Source of the DNA: an uncultured bacterium
GTDB lineage: Bacteria; Bacillota; Clostridia; Lachnospirales; Lachnospiraceae
Length of the DNA stretch: 64,000 nt
Direction: 5' to 3'
Assembly (NCBI GenBank): GCA_947574055.1
Contig: CANPIC010000007.1
Span: forward strand, 2,567 to 66,566
Positions within the stretch are counted from its first letter, which is position 1; every line of letters starts with the position of its first letter. The notes under the pieces are model-generated. The model was not told the DNA's origin and did not search any database. It was given only the letters and a program-made list of their open reading frames with translations. Below, piece after piece: positions 48,689 through 58,668 of the stretch. Position numbers and translations under genes: made by a program.

Positions 48689-49850
48689 CAAAAAAGAAGT
48701 TAATCTTGACATGAAGCAATACGGCATGTTTCTTGCTCTGATTGCGATTTATTTGATTTTTGCTATTATGACAGGCGGCAAGAACCTCTCTCCCGCCAAC
48801 ATCAACAACCTGATTATGCAGAACGGATACGTTGTCATACTGGCAGTCGGCATGCTGCTCTGTGTATTGACCGGTAACGTCGATCTGGGCGTTGGTTCCG
48901 TTGTAGCTGTAACGGGTGCTGCGGCAGGTATCGTAATGGTTGATTACAAGATGAATATGTGGGTTGCAATCATTGCGGCACTGGTAATCGGCGTCATCAT
49001 CGGCATGTTTGCAGGCTTCTTTATCGCTTACCTGGGTATCCCGCCTTTCGTTGTGACACTGGCAACGATGCTTATGGGCCGTGGCCTTACATATACTGTG
49101 CTGCAGGCGCAGACAAAAGGACCGCTGCCGGAAAATTTCGTATTTATCGGCGCAGGTTTCCTTCCTACTATCAAAGTTCCTTTCGGGGATGGCACTCTGG
49201 ATCTGGTCAGCATCATTGTTGCGGCTGTTGTATCCGTAGTTCTGATTTTAAGTGAGATGAAAAATATTGCGACAAAGAAGAAATACAACTTTGCCACCAA
49301 TCCGATGTGGCAGATCGCGGTTAAAGAAGCTGTTATGCTCGTGATTGTATGGTTCTTCTTCTACAAACTGGCACGCTACAACGGACTTCCTTTTGTTCTG
49401 CTGATCATGGCCCTGCTGGTAGGTACCTATGCATTTATTACAAGCAAGACTGTTGCCGGTCGCCAGATTTACGCATTGGGCGGCAACCGTAAGGCGGCGA
49501 ATCTTTCCGGTATTGATACGAAGAAAGTATTCTTCTGGGTATATACAAATATGGGTATTCTGAGTGCGCTGGCAGGTATCGTGCTTTCGGCACGTAACGC
49601 ATCTTCCACACCGAAGGCCGGTGACGGCTTCGAAATGGATGCGATCGCGTCCTGCTACATCGGCGGCGCAGCAGTAGCAGGTGGTGCAGGTACGATCACC
49701 GGTGCCGTTGTGGGTGCGTTTATCATGGGTATCCTGAACAACGGTATGTCCCTGTATGGATGGTCTACAGATATTCAGAAGATTGTAAAAGGTGCCGTAC
49801 TTCTGGGTGCGGTTACAGTTGACGTAATCTCCAAAAACAAAAAGGGTTAA
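48681..49850 (+). CDS. gguB: Multiple monosaccharide ABC permease (GguB/MmsB)
   Basis: QNGYV.ILA.GM, GGN.KAA.LSGI, NMG.LSALAG, TPKAG.GFE, LNNGMS. Confidence 0.9.
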   Translation: MNNKKEVNLDMKQYGMFLALIAIYLIFAIMTGGKNLSPANINNLIMQNGYVVILAVGMLLCVLTGNVDLGVGSVVAVTGAAAGIVMVDYKMNMWVAIIAALVIGVIIGMFAGFFIAYLGIPPFVVTLATMLMGRGLTYTVLQAQTKGPLPENFVFIGAGFLPTIKVPFGDGTLDLVSIIVAAVVSVVLILSEMKNIATKKKYNFATNPMWQIAVKEAVMLVIVWFFFYKLARYNGLPFVLLIMALLVGTYAFITSKTVAGRQIYALGGNRKAANLSGIDTKKVFFWVYTNMGILSALAGIVLSARNASSTPKAGDGFEMDAIASCYIGGAAVAGGAGTITGAVVGAFIMGILNNGMSLYGWSTDIQKIVKGAVLLGAVTVDVISKNKKG

Positions 49851-49884
49851 ATGGCTGTAAAGCCTGAACATTAAGTAGGGGATG

Positions 49885-49925
49885 AAGGCTGCCGGTGTGA
49901 CTCCTGTCCCATGGGCAGCCTTTTT
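49885..49925 (+). terminator. Hairpin with T-tract between gguB and araR
   Basis: AAGGCTGCC...GGCAGCCTT-TTT. Confidence 0.55.
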
Positions 49926-49939
49926 GGGTATAAAAAAGA

Positions 49940-51025
49940 ATGGCTGAGAATATACCGAAATATCTGGAACTTGCAGGCTGGATACAGAAACAGATCGAGA
50001 CGAAGCATTTGCTTCCCGGAGAAAAGATGTATTCAGAGAATGAACTGAGCAGAATGTTCGGTCTGAGCAGACAGACAGTGCGGCATGCCATCGGTGTTTT
50101 GGAGGCAGACCATGTGCTGGAACGGGTACGGGGAAGCGGCACATATATATGCAAAGATCTCTGTATTGAAAACCGTGTCAGGCAGAATCGGATCGGGGTC
50201 ATTATGACTTATCTGGATAACTATATATTTCCCAAGACGATTCAGGCGATTGAAAACGTGCTATTTAAGGAAGGTTATCCTGTTCAGATCGCTTTTACCA
50301 ATAATCTGGTCAACAGAGAACGGACAGTTCTGGAAGATATTCTGGAAAAGGATGAAGTGACAGGGCTGATTGTGGAGGCGACCAAAAGTGCACTCCCCAA
50401 TCCCAATCTTTCCTATTATCGGGAACTTCAGAAAAGAAAGATTCCCTTATTGTTTATCAACAGTTTCTATCCGGCTTTGGGAGCACCTCATGTTTCCATG
50501 AATGATAAACAGGCCGGAAGATTGGCCACGGATTACCTGATTGACAAAGGGCATACAAAGATTGCAGGCATTTTCAAACTGGATGACGGACAGGGACACC
50601 TCCGGTACAGCGGTTATATGGAAGCGCTGAAGGAAGCCGGACTTGTCTGCGATGAATCACGGATTTTGTGGGTTGATACCGAAGACGTGAAGAATTTTAT
50701 GATGTTACAGGAAAAAATCAAAGACCGGCTGGAGGGCTGTACAGGACTGGTATCTTACAATGATGAAGTGACTTTTGCCCTGACAAAACTTCTGCCCCGG
50801 CTGGGAATCCGCATCCCGGAAGATTTGTCTGTTGCCAGTATCGACGACTCTGAACTGGCTGTACTGGGGAACGTAAAAATCACATCCATACCATATCCCA
50901 TGGAGATGCTCGGCGAAAAAGCTGCCCGCAACCTGTTGGAGATGATAAAGAACCCCAAGTTTGACGGGAATTATGAATTTGACGTAGACGTTACACAACG
51001 CGACTCCGTCAGGAATCTAAAATAA
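49940..51025 (+). CDS. araR: Arabinose repressor AraR (GntR/LacI chimera), paralogue 2
   Basis: SENEL..LSRQTVR.A, GSGTY, YIFP, EATKSALPNPNL, DDGQG..RY.G; directly upstream of araA. Confidence 0.88.
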   Translation: MAENIPKYLELAGWIQKQIETKHLLPGEKMYSENELSRMFGLSRQTVRHAIGVLEADHVLERVRGSGTYICKDLCIENRVRQNRIGVIMTYLDNYIFPKTIQAIENVLFKEGYPVQIAFTNNLVNRERTVLEDILEKDEVTGLIVEATKSALPNPNLSYYRELQKRKIPLLFINSFYPALGAPHVSMNDKQAGRLATDYLIDKGHTKIAGIFKLDDGQGHLRYSGYMEALKEAGLVCDESRILWVDTEDVKNFMMLQEKIKDRLEGCTGLVSYNDEVTFALTKLLPRLGIRIPEDLSVASIDDSELAVLGNVKITSIPYPMEMLGEKAARNLLEMIKNPKFDGNYEFDVDVTQRDSVRNLK

Positions 51026-51152
51026 GACCAAAAAAACAATTGAAAAACAGCAGGCTCCAGTACGCTGCATGGATCAAAATGCGGACGTGTTATGATCCGG
51101 TGTGGATACATGAGGAAGGGAGACTGCGGCACTAAAAACAGGAGGTTAAAAG

Positions 51153-52652
51153 ATGAAAGCAGCAAAAAATTACAAATTCTGGTTTTGTACCGGTTCTCAG
51201 GATCTTTATGGGGATGAGTGTCTGCGTCATGTTGCGGAACATTCTGCAAAGATAGTGGAAGGTTTGAACAAAAGCGGGAAATTGCCCTATGAAGTGGTAC
51301 TTCGCCCGACTCTGATTGATCAGGCCTCAATCAGAAAAACCTTTAATGAGGCCAACAACGAGGAAGACTGTGCAGGTGTGATTACATGGATGCATACCTT
51401 CTCGCCGGCCAAAATGTGGATCATTGGTCTGCAGGAGTACAAGAAACCGTTGTGCCATTTACATACACAGTTTAATGAAGAAATCCCGTATGACACGATG
51501 GATATGGATTTCATGAATGAGAACCAGTCTGCACACGGTGACCGTGAGTATGGCCATATTGTCAGCCGCATGGGAATTGAGAGAAAGGTGGTCGTAGGAC
51601 ACTGGAATGATGCACGTGTACAGGAAAAACTGGGCAGCTGGATGCGTACCGCCATCGGTGTTATGGAATCTTCGCATATCCGTGTCTGCCGCTTCGGTGA
51701 TAATATGAACAATGTAGCCGTAACCGAGGGCGATAAAGTAGAGGCACAGATCAAATTTGGCTGGGAGATTGACCACTACAATGTAAATGACCTGGTGGAA
51801 CTGGTTAATGCAGTGCCGGAAGGTGATGTCAATGCCCTCACTGATGAATATTACAGCAAGTACGAAGTGGCACTGGAAGGCAGAGACGAAGCGGAATTCA
51901 GAAGACATGTGGCAGTACAGGCTCAGATTGAGATCGGGATGGAAAAATTCCTAGAAGAGGCCAACTATCAGGCATTTGTCACACATTTTGGTATGCTGGG
52001 CGGCCTGAAACAGCTTCCGGGTCTTGCCGTACAGAGACTGATGGAAAAAGGCTATGGTTTTGGCGGCGAAGGCGATTGGAAGACCGCAGCCATGGATCGC
52101 CTGATTAAGATTATGACAGCCGGTGTCCCCAACACAAAAGGCAGTTCCTTTATGGAAGATTATACATACAATTTTGTGCCCGGCAAAGAAGGCATCATCC
52201 AGGCTCATATGCTGGAAGTGTGCCCGGCTATCGCAGAAGGTCCTATCACCATGAAATGCCAGCCACTGTCCATGGGCAACAGAGAAGACCCTGCCCGTAT
52301 CGTATTCCAGGCAAAAGAGGGCAGCGGCATTGCCACATCCCTGATTGATCTGGGACACAGATTCCGCCTGATTATTAATGCGGTTGACTGCAAGAAAGTG
52401 GAGAAGCCGCTTCCCAAACTGCCGGTAGGTATCAACTACTGGACACCACAGCCTGATCTGTATACCGGTGCAGAAGCATGGATTCTGGCAGGCGGCGCAC
52501 ATCATACCGCTTTCACCTATGACCTGAGCGTGGAGCAGATGGTCGATTGGGCGGCAGCCATGGGCATCGAGAGCGTGGTCATCGACAAGAATACTACCAT
52601 CAGAGATCTGAAAAACGAACTGAGATGGAATGAACTGGCGTTCAGATTTTAA
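51153..52652 (+). CDS. araA: L-arabinose isomerase
   Basis: [45 protein letters not shown]. Confidence 0.97.
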   Translation: MKAAKNYKFWFCTGSQDLYGDECLRHVAEHSAKIVEGLNKSGKLPYEVVLRPTLIDQASIRKTFNEANNEEDCAGVITWMHTFSPAKMWIIGLQEYKKPLCHLHTQFNEEIPYDTMDMDFMNENQSAHGDREYGHIVSRMGIERKVVVGHWNDARVQEKLGSWMRTAIGVMESSHIRVCRFGDNMNNVAVTEGDKVEAQIKFGWEIDHYNVNDLVELVNAVPEGDVNALTDEYYSKYEVALEGRDEAEFRRHVAVQAQIEIGMEKFLEEANYQAFVTHFGMLGGLKQLPGLAVQRLMEKGYGFGGEGDWKTAAMDRLIKIMTAGVPNTKGSSFMEDYTYNFVPGKEGIIQAHMLEVCPAIAEGPITMKCQPLSMGNREDPARIVFQAKEGSGIATSLIDLGHRFRLIINAVDCKKVEKPLPKLPVGINYWTPQPDLYTGAEAWILAGGAHHTAFTYDLSVEQMVDWAAAMGIESVVIDKNTTIRDLKNELRWNELAFRF

Positions 52653-52735
52653 AAGGATCTGAGAAGAAGTATCCTGCCATACAGAAACAGAAAACGGCGG
52701 CGAAACAAAAAGCCGAAAGGAAAGGGGTTATAGAC

Positions 52736-54343
52736 ATGAGCGTAGAGAATAATGCGGTAAAGAGCATGATTGAAGCCGGCAGGGCGGTTCTTGGCATCGA
52801 GTTTGGGTCCACCCGGATCAAGGCAGTGCTGATCGGTGAAGACAATGCACCCATCGCATCCGGCAGTTATGACTGGGAGAATGATTATGTGGACGGTATC
52901 TGGACATATAGTCTGGAGAAGATTCATAAAGGATTACAGGACTGCTACAAAAGTCTGGTGGAAGATGTAAAGGCACAGTATGGCACAGGCATAAAGAAGC
53001 TGGGGGCCATTGGTTTCAGCGCGATGATGCATGGCTATATGGCATTTGACAAAGAAGGTCAGCTGCTGGTGCCGTTTCGTACCTGGAGAAATACCATCAC
53101 AGAACAGGCTTCCGAGGAACTGACAAAGCTGTTTGCGTATCATATTCCCCAGAGATGGAGCATTGCCCATCTGTACCAGGCGATTCTTAACAAAGAAGAG
53201 CATGTGAAGGATATCACATTCTTTACCACACTTGCGGGTTATATCCACTGGAAACTGACCGGACAGAAAGTACTTGGCGTGGGTGAAGCATCGGGAATGT
53301 TCCCCATTGATATCACAAGCGGACAGTTTAACAAAAAGATGATTGCCAGCTTCGATGAAGTGACGGCTTCCTATGGATTTGACTGGAAACTGGCCGATAT
53401 CATGCCGGGTGTGTTGACCGCAGGTGAGGATGCGGGAAAACTGACCGCGGAAGGGGCCACCTTCCTGGATGTAAGCGGTGAACTGGAGGCGGGGATTCCG
53501 CTGTGTCCTCCGGAAGGGGATGCGGGAACCGGTATGGCGGCTACCAACAGCGTGAAGGTGCGGACCGGTAATGTCTCCGCAGGTACGAGCGTATTTGGTA
53601 TGATCGTACTGGAAAAGGAACTTTCCAAAGTACATGAAGAGATTGATCTGGTGACGACACCCAACGGGCATCTGGTAGCAATGGCCCACTGCAATAACTG
53701 CACTTCCGATCTGAATGCATGGGTCAATATCTTTAAGGAGTTTGCAGAGAGTTTTGGCATTGATGTGGATATGAACAAACTGTTTGGAACCCTCTATAAC
53801 AAAGCACTGGAAGGGGATGCCGATTGCGGCGGTCTGCTGGCATACAATTACTTCTCCGGTGAGCATATCGTCGGGATGGAAGAAGGACGTCCTCTCTTTG
53901 TGCGCACCGCCAATGCCAAATTCAGCCTTGCGAATTTTATGCGCGTAAACCTGTTTGCCTCCCTGGGCGTTTTAAAGACCGGACTGGACATTCTGTTTAA
54001 GGAAGAGGGCGTTGAGGTAGACGAAATCCTCGGGCATGGTGGTCTGTTCAAAACCAAAGGTGTGGGTCAGAAGATCCTGGCAGCAGCCATCAATACGCCG
54101 GTTTCCGTTATGGAGACTGCAGGAGAGGGCGGTGCATGGGGCATTGCGCTGCTGGCATCTTACATGATCCATAAAGAAGCAGGAGAGGAACTGGATGAAT
54201 TCCTTAACAGAGCCGTATTTGCAGGTGAAAAGGGCAGTCGTATCGAACCGGATGCAAAAGATGTGGCCGGGTTTGATGCATTTATTGAGCGCTATACAAA
54301 AGGCCTGCCGATTGAGCGGGCAGCCATTGACTTTCTGAAATGA
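52736..54343 (+). CDS. FGGY-family pentulose kinase, probable L-ribulokinase (AraK/AraB type)
   Basis: [44 protein letters not shown]; between araA and araD. Confidence 0.9.
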   Translation: MSVENNAVKSMIEAGRAVLGIEFGSTRIKAVLIGEDNAPIASGSYDWENDYVDGIWTYSLEKIHKGLQDCYKSLVEDVKAQYGTGIKKLGAIGFSAMMHGYMAFDKEGQLLVPFRTWRNTITEQASEELTKLFAYHIPQRWSIAHLYQAILNKEEHVKDITFFTTLAGYIHWKLTGQKVLGVGEASGMFPIDITSGQFNKKMIASFDEVTASYGFDWKLADIMPGVLTAGEDAGKLTAEGATFLDVSGELEAGIPLCPPEGDAGTGMAATNSVKVRTGNVSAGTSVFGMIVLEKELSKVHEEIDLVTTPNGHLVAMAHCNNCTSDLNAWVNIFKEFAESFGIDVDMNKLFGTLYNKALEGDADCGGLLAYNYFSGEHIVGMEEGRPLFVRTANAKFSLANFMRVNLFASLGVLKTGLDILFKEEGVEVDEILGHGGLFKTKGVGQKILAAAINTPVSVMETAGEGGAWGIALLASYMIHKEAGEELDEFLNRAVFAGEKGSRIEPDAKDVAGFDAFIERYTKGLPIERAAIDFLK

Positions 54344-54373
54344 CAGGGAGCAGAGGAAGGGAGAAGAACCGAG

Positions 54374-55072
54374 ATGTTAGAAGAACTGAAAAAAGAAGTA
54401 TATGAAGCCAATATGCTGCTTCCGAAGTATGGTCTGGTCACTTTTACCTGGGGCAATGTCAGCGGCATCGACAGGGATAAGGGACTTTTCGTAATCAAGC
54501 CCAGCGGTGTGGATTATGATAAGCTGACGTGGGAAGATATGGTAGTGGTGGATCTGGAAGGCAACAAAGTGGAAGGTACTTATAAACCCTCTTCCGATAC
54601 GCCCACCCACGTGGAAATTTACAAAGGGTTCCCGGAAGTGGGCGGCGTCGTGCACACTCATTCTTCCTGGGCGACGAGCTGGGCGCAGGCGGGCAGAGGC
54701 ATCCCGTGTTATGGCACGACACATGCCGATTATATGTATGGCGAAATCCCCTGTGTCAGAAACCTCACAAAGGAGGAAATTGACGCAGGTTATGAAGTCA
54801 ATACCGGTGTCCTGATTGTCAATTACTTCAAAGAAAATGAGATTGATGTGGTGGCAATGCCTGCTGTGCTCTGCAAAAATCATGGTCCGTTTACCTGGGG
54901 CAAGGATGCGCACGAGGCCGTACACAATGCGGTGGTGCTGGATGAAGTTGCCAAGATGGCCGCACGCTGTGAAATGATCAATCCTAAGAATAAACCTGCG
55001 CCGCAGGAATTGCAGGATAAACATTATTTCAGGAAACACGGAGCCAATGCTTACTACGGACAGAATACGTGA
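54374..55072 (+). CDS. araD: L-ribulose-5-phosphate 4-epimerase
   Basis: [41 protein letters not shown]. Confidence 0.97.
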   Translation: MLEELKKEVYEANMLLPKYGLVTFTWGNVSGIDRDKGLFVIKPSGVDYDKLTWEDMVVVDLEGNKVEGTYKPSSDTPTHVEIYKGFPEVGGVVHTHSSWATSWAQAGRGIPCYGTTHADYMYGEIPCVRNLTKEEIDAGYEVNTGVLIVNYFKENEIDVVAMPAVLCKNHGPFTWGKDAHEAVHNAVVLDEVAKMAARCEMINPKNKPAPQELQDKHYFRKHGANAYYGQNT

Positions 55073-55219
55073 CAGGTGTAACAAAGCATCCACGGTTTTT
55101 ATTTCTTGGCAAGACTATGGACGAAAACAGTGGATTATGCTACAGTAAAGGAAGCAGAAAATTTGTAACAGCGCAGGACGCTGCGCTGTTACGAAAATGA
55201 TATCATGGAGGACAAGGCT

Positions 55220-56059
55220 ATGAACAAACTGGAATTAGCAAAAATGGCTAATGAAGTGCGTAAGGGTATCGTGACGGCAGTGCATAGTGCAAAAGCGGGC
55301 CATCCGGGCGGATCTCTTTCCGCAGCGGATCTGTTTACGTATCTTTATTTTGAAGAGATGAATATCGATCCGGAGAATCCCAAAATGGAAGACAGGGACC
55401 GGTTTGTACTTTCTAAGGGACATACGGCACCGGGGCTGTATTCCGTGTTGGCACACAGAGGATATTTCCCGGTGGAAGATCTGAAGACACTGCGTAAGCT
55501 GGGATCTTATCTGCAGGGACATCCGTGTATGCAGGATACGCCCGGGGTCGATATGTCCAGTGGTTCCCTGGGACAGGGATTGTCTGCGGCGGCAGGAATG
55601 GCACTGGCAGGCAAGATGGATCAGAAGGACTACCGTGTATACTGCCTGTGCGGTGACGGCGAAATCCAGGAAGGCCAGATCTGGGAAGCGGCCATGTTTG
55701 CCGGACACAGAAAGCTGGATAATCTGGTGGTGATCGTTGACAACAACGGGCTGCAGATTGACGGTAAGGTGGAGGATGTATGCTCCCCGTATCCGATTGA
55801 TCAGAAATTCGAGGCATTTAACTTCCATATCATCAATATTGATGGCAATAATCTGGATGAGATCGCGGCGGCCATGAAAGAAGCCAGGGAGACGAAAGGA
55901 CAGCCTACGGCTATTATTATGAAGACTGTCAAAGGCAAAGGTGTCTCTTTTATGGAAAACAATGCAGGCTGGCATGGCAAAGCGCCCAGCGATGAAGAAT
56001 ATAAGACGGCGATGGCAGATCTGGATAAAATCGGAGAAGAACTGGGAGGTGCAAACTGA
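55220..56059 (+). CDS. Transketolase, N-terminal (TPP-binding) subunit
   Basis: GHPGGSLS, DRFVLSKGH, LQGHP, GDGE.QEG, WHGKAP; GGAGG RBS. Confidence 0.94.
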   Translation: MNKLELAKMANEVRKGIVTAVHSAKAGHPGGSLSAADLFTYLYFEEMNIDPENPKMEDRDRFVLSKGHTAPGLYSVLAHRGYFPVEDLKTLRKLGSYLQGHPCMQDTPGVDMSSGSLGQGLSAAAGMALAGKMDQKDYRVYCLCGDGEIQEGQIWEAAMFAGHRKLDNLVVIVDNNGLQIDGKVEDVCSPYPIDQKFEAFNFHIINIDGNNLDEIAAAMKEARETKGQPTAIIMKTVKGKGVSFMENNAGWHGKAPSDEEYKTAMADLDKIGEELGGAN

Positions 56060-57003
56060 TGGCTGACGTAAAGAAGATTGCAACAAGAGAAAGTTACGGC
56101 AATGCACTGGCTGCATGTGGTGCCAAGTATCCGAATCTGGTAGTGCTGGATGCGGATCTTGCAGGTGCGACCAAGACAGGCGTATTTCAGAAGGCATTTC
56201 CCGACCGCCATGTTGACTGCGGGATTGCCGAGTGCAATATGACCGGTATTGCGGCCGGACTGGCTACCTGTGGCAAAGTGCCTTTTATCAGTTCTTTTGC
56301 CATGTTTGCGGCAGGGCGTAACTTTGAGCAGGTGAGAAATTCTATCGGCTATCCGCATCTGAATGTGAAGATCGGTGCCACCCATGCCGGTATTACAGTA
56401 GGTGAAGACGGTGCGACCCACCAGTGTAACGAAGATATCGCACTGATGAGGACGATTCCCGGCATGACCGTAATCGTACCGTCCGATGATGTGGAAGCAC
56501 AGGCAGCCGTAGAGGCAGCGATCAATTTTGACGGGCCTGTCTATCTGCGTTTTGGCCGCGCGGCAGTACCTGTAATCAATGACGGCGCAGATTATAAATT
56601 CGAAATCGGCAAAGGTACACTGCTCAAAGAAGGCAAGGATGTGACAATCATTGCTACGGGAACCTGTGTCTCCGGCGCGCTGGAAGCAGCAGAGAAGCTG
56701 GCGGCTGACGGGATTGACGCGGAAGTGATCAATATTCATACAATCAAACCGCTGGATGAGGAACTGGTACTTGCGTCTGCAAAGAAGACCGGCAAAGTGG
56801 TGACGGCAGAAGAACATTCCGTGATCGGTGGACTGGGAAGCGCTGTTTGTGATCTGCTGAGTGAGAAGCAGCCGACCAGAGTATGCAAGATTGGCATGAA
56901 CGATGTATTTGGCGAGTCCGGTACAGCGGGTGGTCTGCTGGAGAAATACGGACTGGATGGCAAGGGCATCTATGAGAAAGTAAAGGGATTCGTACAGGAG
57001 TAG
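56059..57003 (+). CDS. Transketolase, C-terminal subunit
   Basis: GIAECN, GEDGATHQ, GPVYLR, EEHS.IGGLG. Confidence 0.94.
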   Translation: MADVKKIATRESYGNALAACGAKYPNLVVLDADLAGATKTGVFQKAFPDRHVDCGIAECNMTGIAAGLATCGKVPFISSFAMFAAGRNFEQVRNSIGYPHLNVKIGATHAGITVGEDGATHQCNEDIALMRTIPGMTVIVPSDDVEAQAAVEAAINFDGPVYLRFGRAAVPVINDGADYKFEIGKGTLLKEGKDVTIIATGTCVSGALEAAEKLAADGIDAEVINIHTIKPLDEELVLASAKKTGKVVTAEEHSVIGGLGSAVCDLLSEKQPTRVCKIGMNDVFGESGTAGGLLEKYGLDGKGIYEKVKGFVQE

Positions 57004-57016
57004 TTGGAGTATAGCT

Positions 57017-57673
57017 ATGGAGATGATTATTTCACCATCGATTTTGGCTGCTGACTTTAATATTCTGGGTGAGCAGATTCAGGAAGTTAAGAGATCCGGT
57101 GCAAAATATCTTCACATTGATGTTATGGACGGGATGTTTGTCCCGTCCATATCCTTTGGGATGCCTGTGATCTCATCTATCAGGAAACAGAGTGATCTGT
57201 TTTTTGATGTCCACCTGATGATTGTGGAGCCGCTGCGGTATGTAGAGGAATTTGCACGGATCGGTGCAGATCTGATCACATTCCATCTGGAAGCGGCAGA
57301 AGGACAGGTGGAAGAAACGATAAACCGAATCCACCAGGCGGGTTGTAAGGCAGGGATATCTATAAAGCCGGCCACTCCGGTGGAGGCGCTGCTTCCCTGG
57401 CTGGGAAAAGTGGATCTGATACTGATCATGACAGTGGAACCCGGATTCGGCGGACAAAAGTATATCCCCGCCTCCACGGAAAAGATCAGAGAGACCAGAC
57501 GGCTTCTTACAGAGCGCGGACTATCCACTGACATTGAAGTCGACGGTGGCATAACGGCAGATCATATATCTCTTGTAACAGAAGCCGGTGCTAATGTGAT
57601 CGTGGCGGGAAGTGCCGTTTTCAGAGGGAGCATAACCGAGAACGTACACAGACTGCTGGGACAGCGTCAGTAA
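57017..57673 (+). CDS. rpe: Ribulose-phosphate 3-epimerase
   Basis: SPSILAAD, HIDVMDG.FVP, DVHLM, MTVEPGFGGQ, VDGG. Confidence 0.96.
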   Translation: MEMIISPSILAADFNILGEQIQEVKRSGAKYLHIDVMDGMFVPSISFGMPVISSIRKQSDLFFDVHLMIVEPLRYVEEFARIGADLITFHLEAAEGQVEETINRIHQAGCKAGISIKPATPVEALLPWLGKVDLILIMTVEPGFGGQKYIPASTEKIRETRRLLTERGLSTDIEVDGGITADHISLVTEAGANVIVAGSAVFRGSITENVHRLLGQRQ

Positions 57674-57692
57674 AAATCAGAAAGGATCAGGT

Positions 57693-58637
57693 ATGAAATA
57701 CAGAGTACTGTTAACCGGAAAAAGTAATTCCATCATTGACGACTTCTTTGAGCAGATGTATGACTGCTTTGAAGCATTGACCACATCGGCCCGCCATGAC
57801 GACATGCTCAGGCATATCAGATACTTTGAACCTGATATTTTTGTTTATTGTCTTTACAATGAGCCACGGGAAAATTACAATCAGATCATCAGTATCAGAT
57901 ATAAACTGCAGGAGGAACGCATCACGTTTGTGCTGATCGGGTCAAAAGAGGATTGTGACGAGTTTGAGCGGGTGGCAGTCAATATTGCCGATCTGGTGCT
58001 GTATAAGCCGTTGTCAGCCGGTAATGTACAGACCCGGATACTGGAATATATGAAAGGCAAAAATCCTTCTGCCACAGACGAGAAAATCGAAACGGCTGGC
58101 GATGTTTACGGACCTGCTGCAGGCGGGGCAGCTGCTTATCCGGCGCTCTTTCCGCAGGGGGAGGAGGCGGATGATGAGGATGCCTTTATGCAGCGGGTGG
58201 CCGCTTTTGAACGCACGCTCCGCATGCTGCCGGAAGCAGAGCAACCCGAGGAGCCTCCGACTGCCCCCAGACGCCGGCTGATTCTGGTAGTCGATGATGA
58301 TCCGCTGATGCTGAAAATGCTGAAAGAACAGCTGCATGAAGAGTATGATGTAGCGACTGCGGTAAGCGGTAAAATTGCTCTTAAGTTTCTGGATCGCAAA
58401 CATCCGGACTTGATACTGCTGGATTATGAGATGCCTGTGGAAAGTGGGGCTGAAGTTCTGGAAAAGATCCGGGCCAGGGAAGAAACGAAAGAGATACCGG
58501 TGGTATTTCTGACGGGCGTGTCAGAACGTGAGAAGATTCAGGAAGCGCTGGCACTGAAGCCGCAGGGATATCTGCTGAAACCGGTTGAGCGGAGCAAGCT
58601 GATGGAGATTATCCGAAAAGTGGCAGACAAGAACTGA
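57693..58637 (+). CDS. Receiver-only response regulator (degenerate N-terminal + intact C-terminal REC)
   Basis: VVDDD, LLDYEMP, FLTG, YLLKP at C-terminus; REC-like N-terminus ending LYKPL; no DNA-binding domain. Confidence 0.82.
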   Translation: MKYRVLLTGKSNSIIDDFFEQMYDCFEALTTSARHDDMLRHIRYFEPDIFVYCLYNEPRENYNQIISIRYKLQEERITFVLIGSKEDCDEFERVAVNIADLVLYKPLSAGNVQTRILEYMKGKNPSATDEKIETAGDVYGPAAGGAAAYPALFPQGEEADDEDAFMQRVAAFERTLRMLPEAEQPEEPPTAPRRRLILVVDDDPLMLKMLKEQLHEEYDVATAVSGKIALKFLDRKHPDLILLDYEMPVESGAEVLEKIRAREETKEIPVVFLTGVSEREKIQEALALKPQGYLLKPVERSKLMEIIRKVADKN

Positions 58638-58668
58638 GCGGTTATGATGAAAAGGGATTTGGTGGAAG

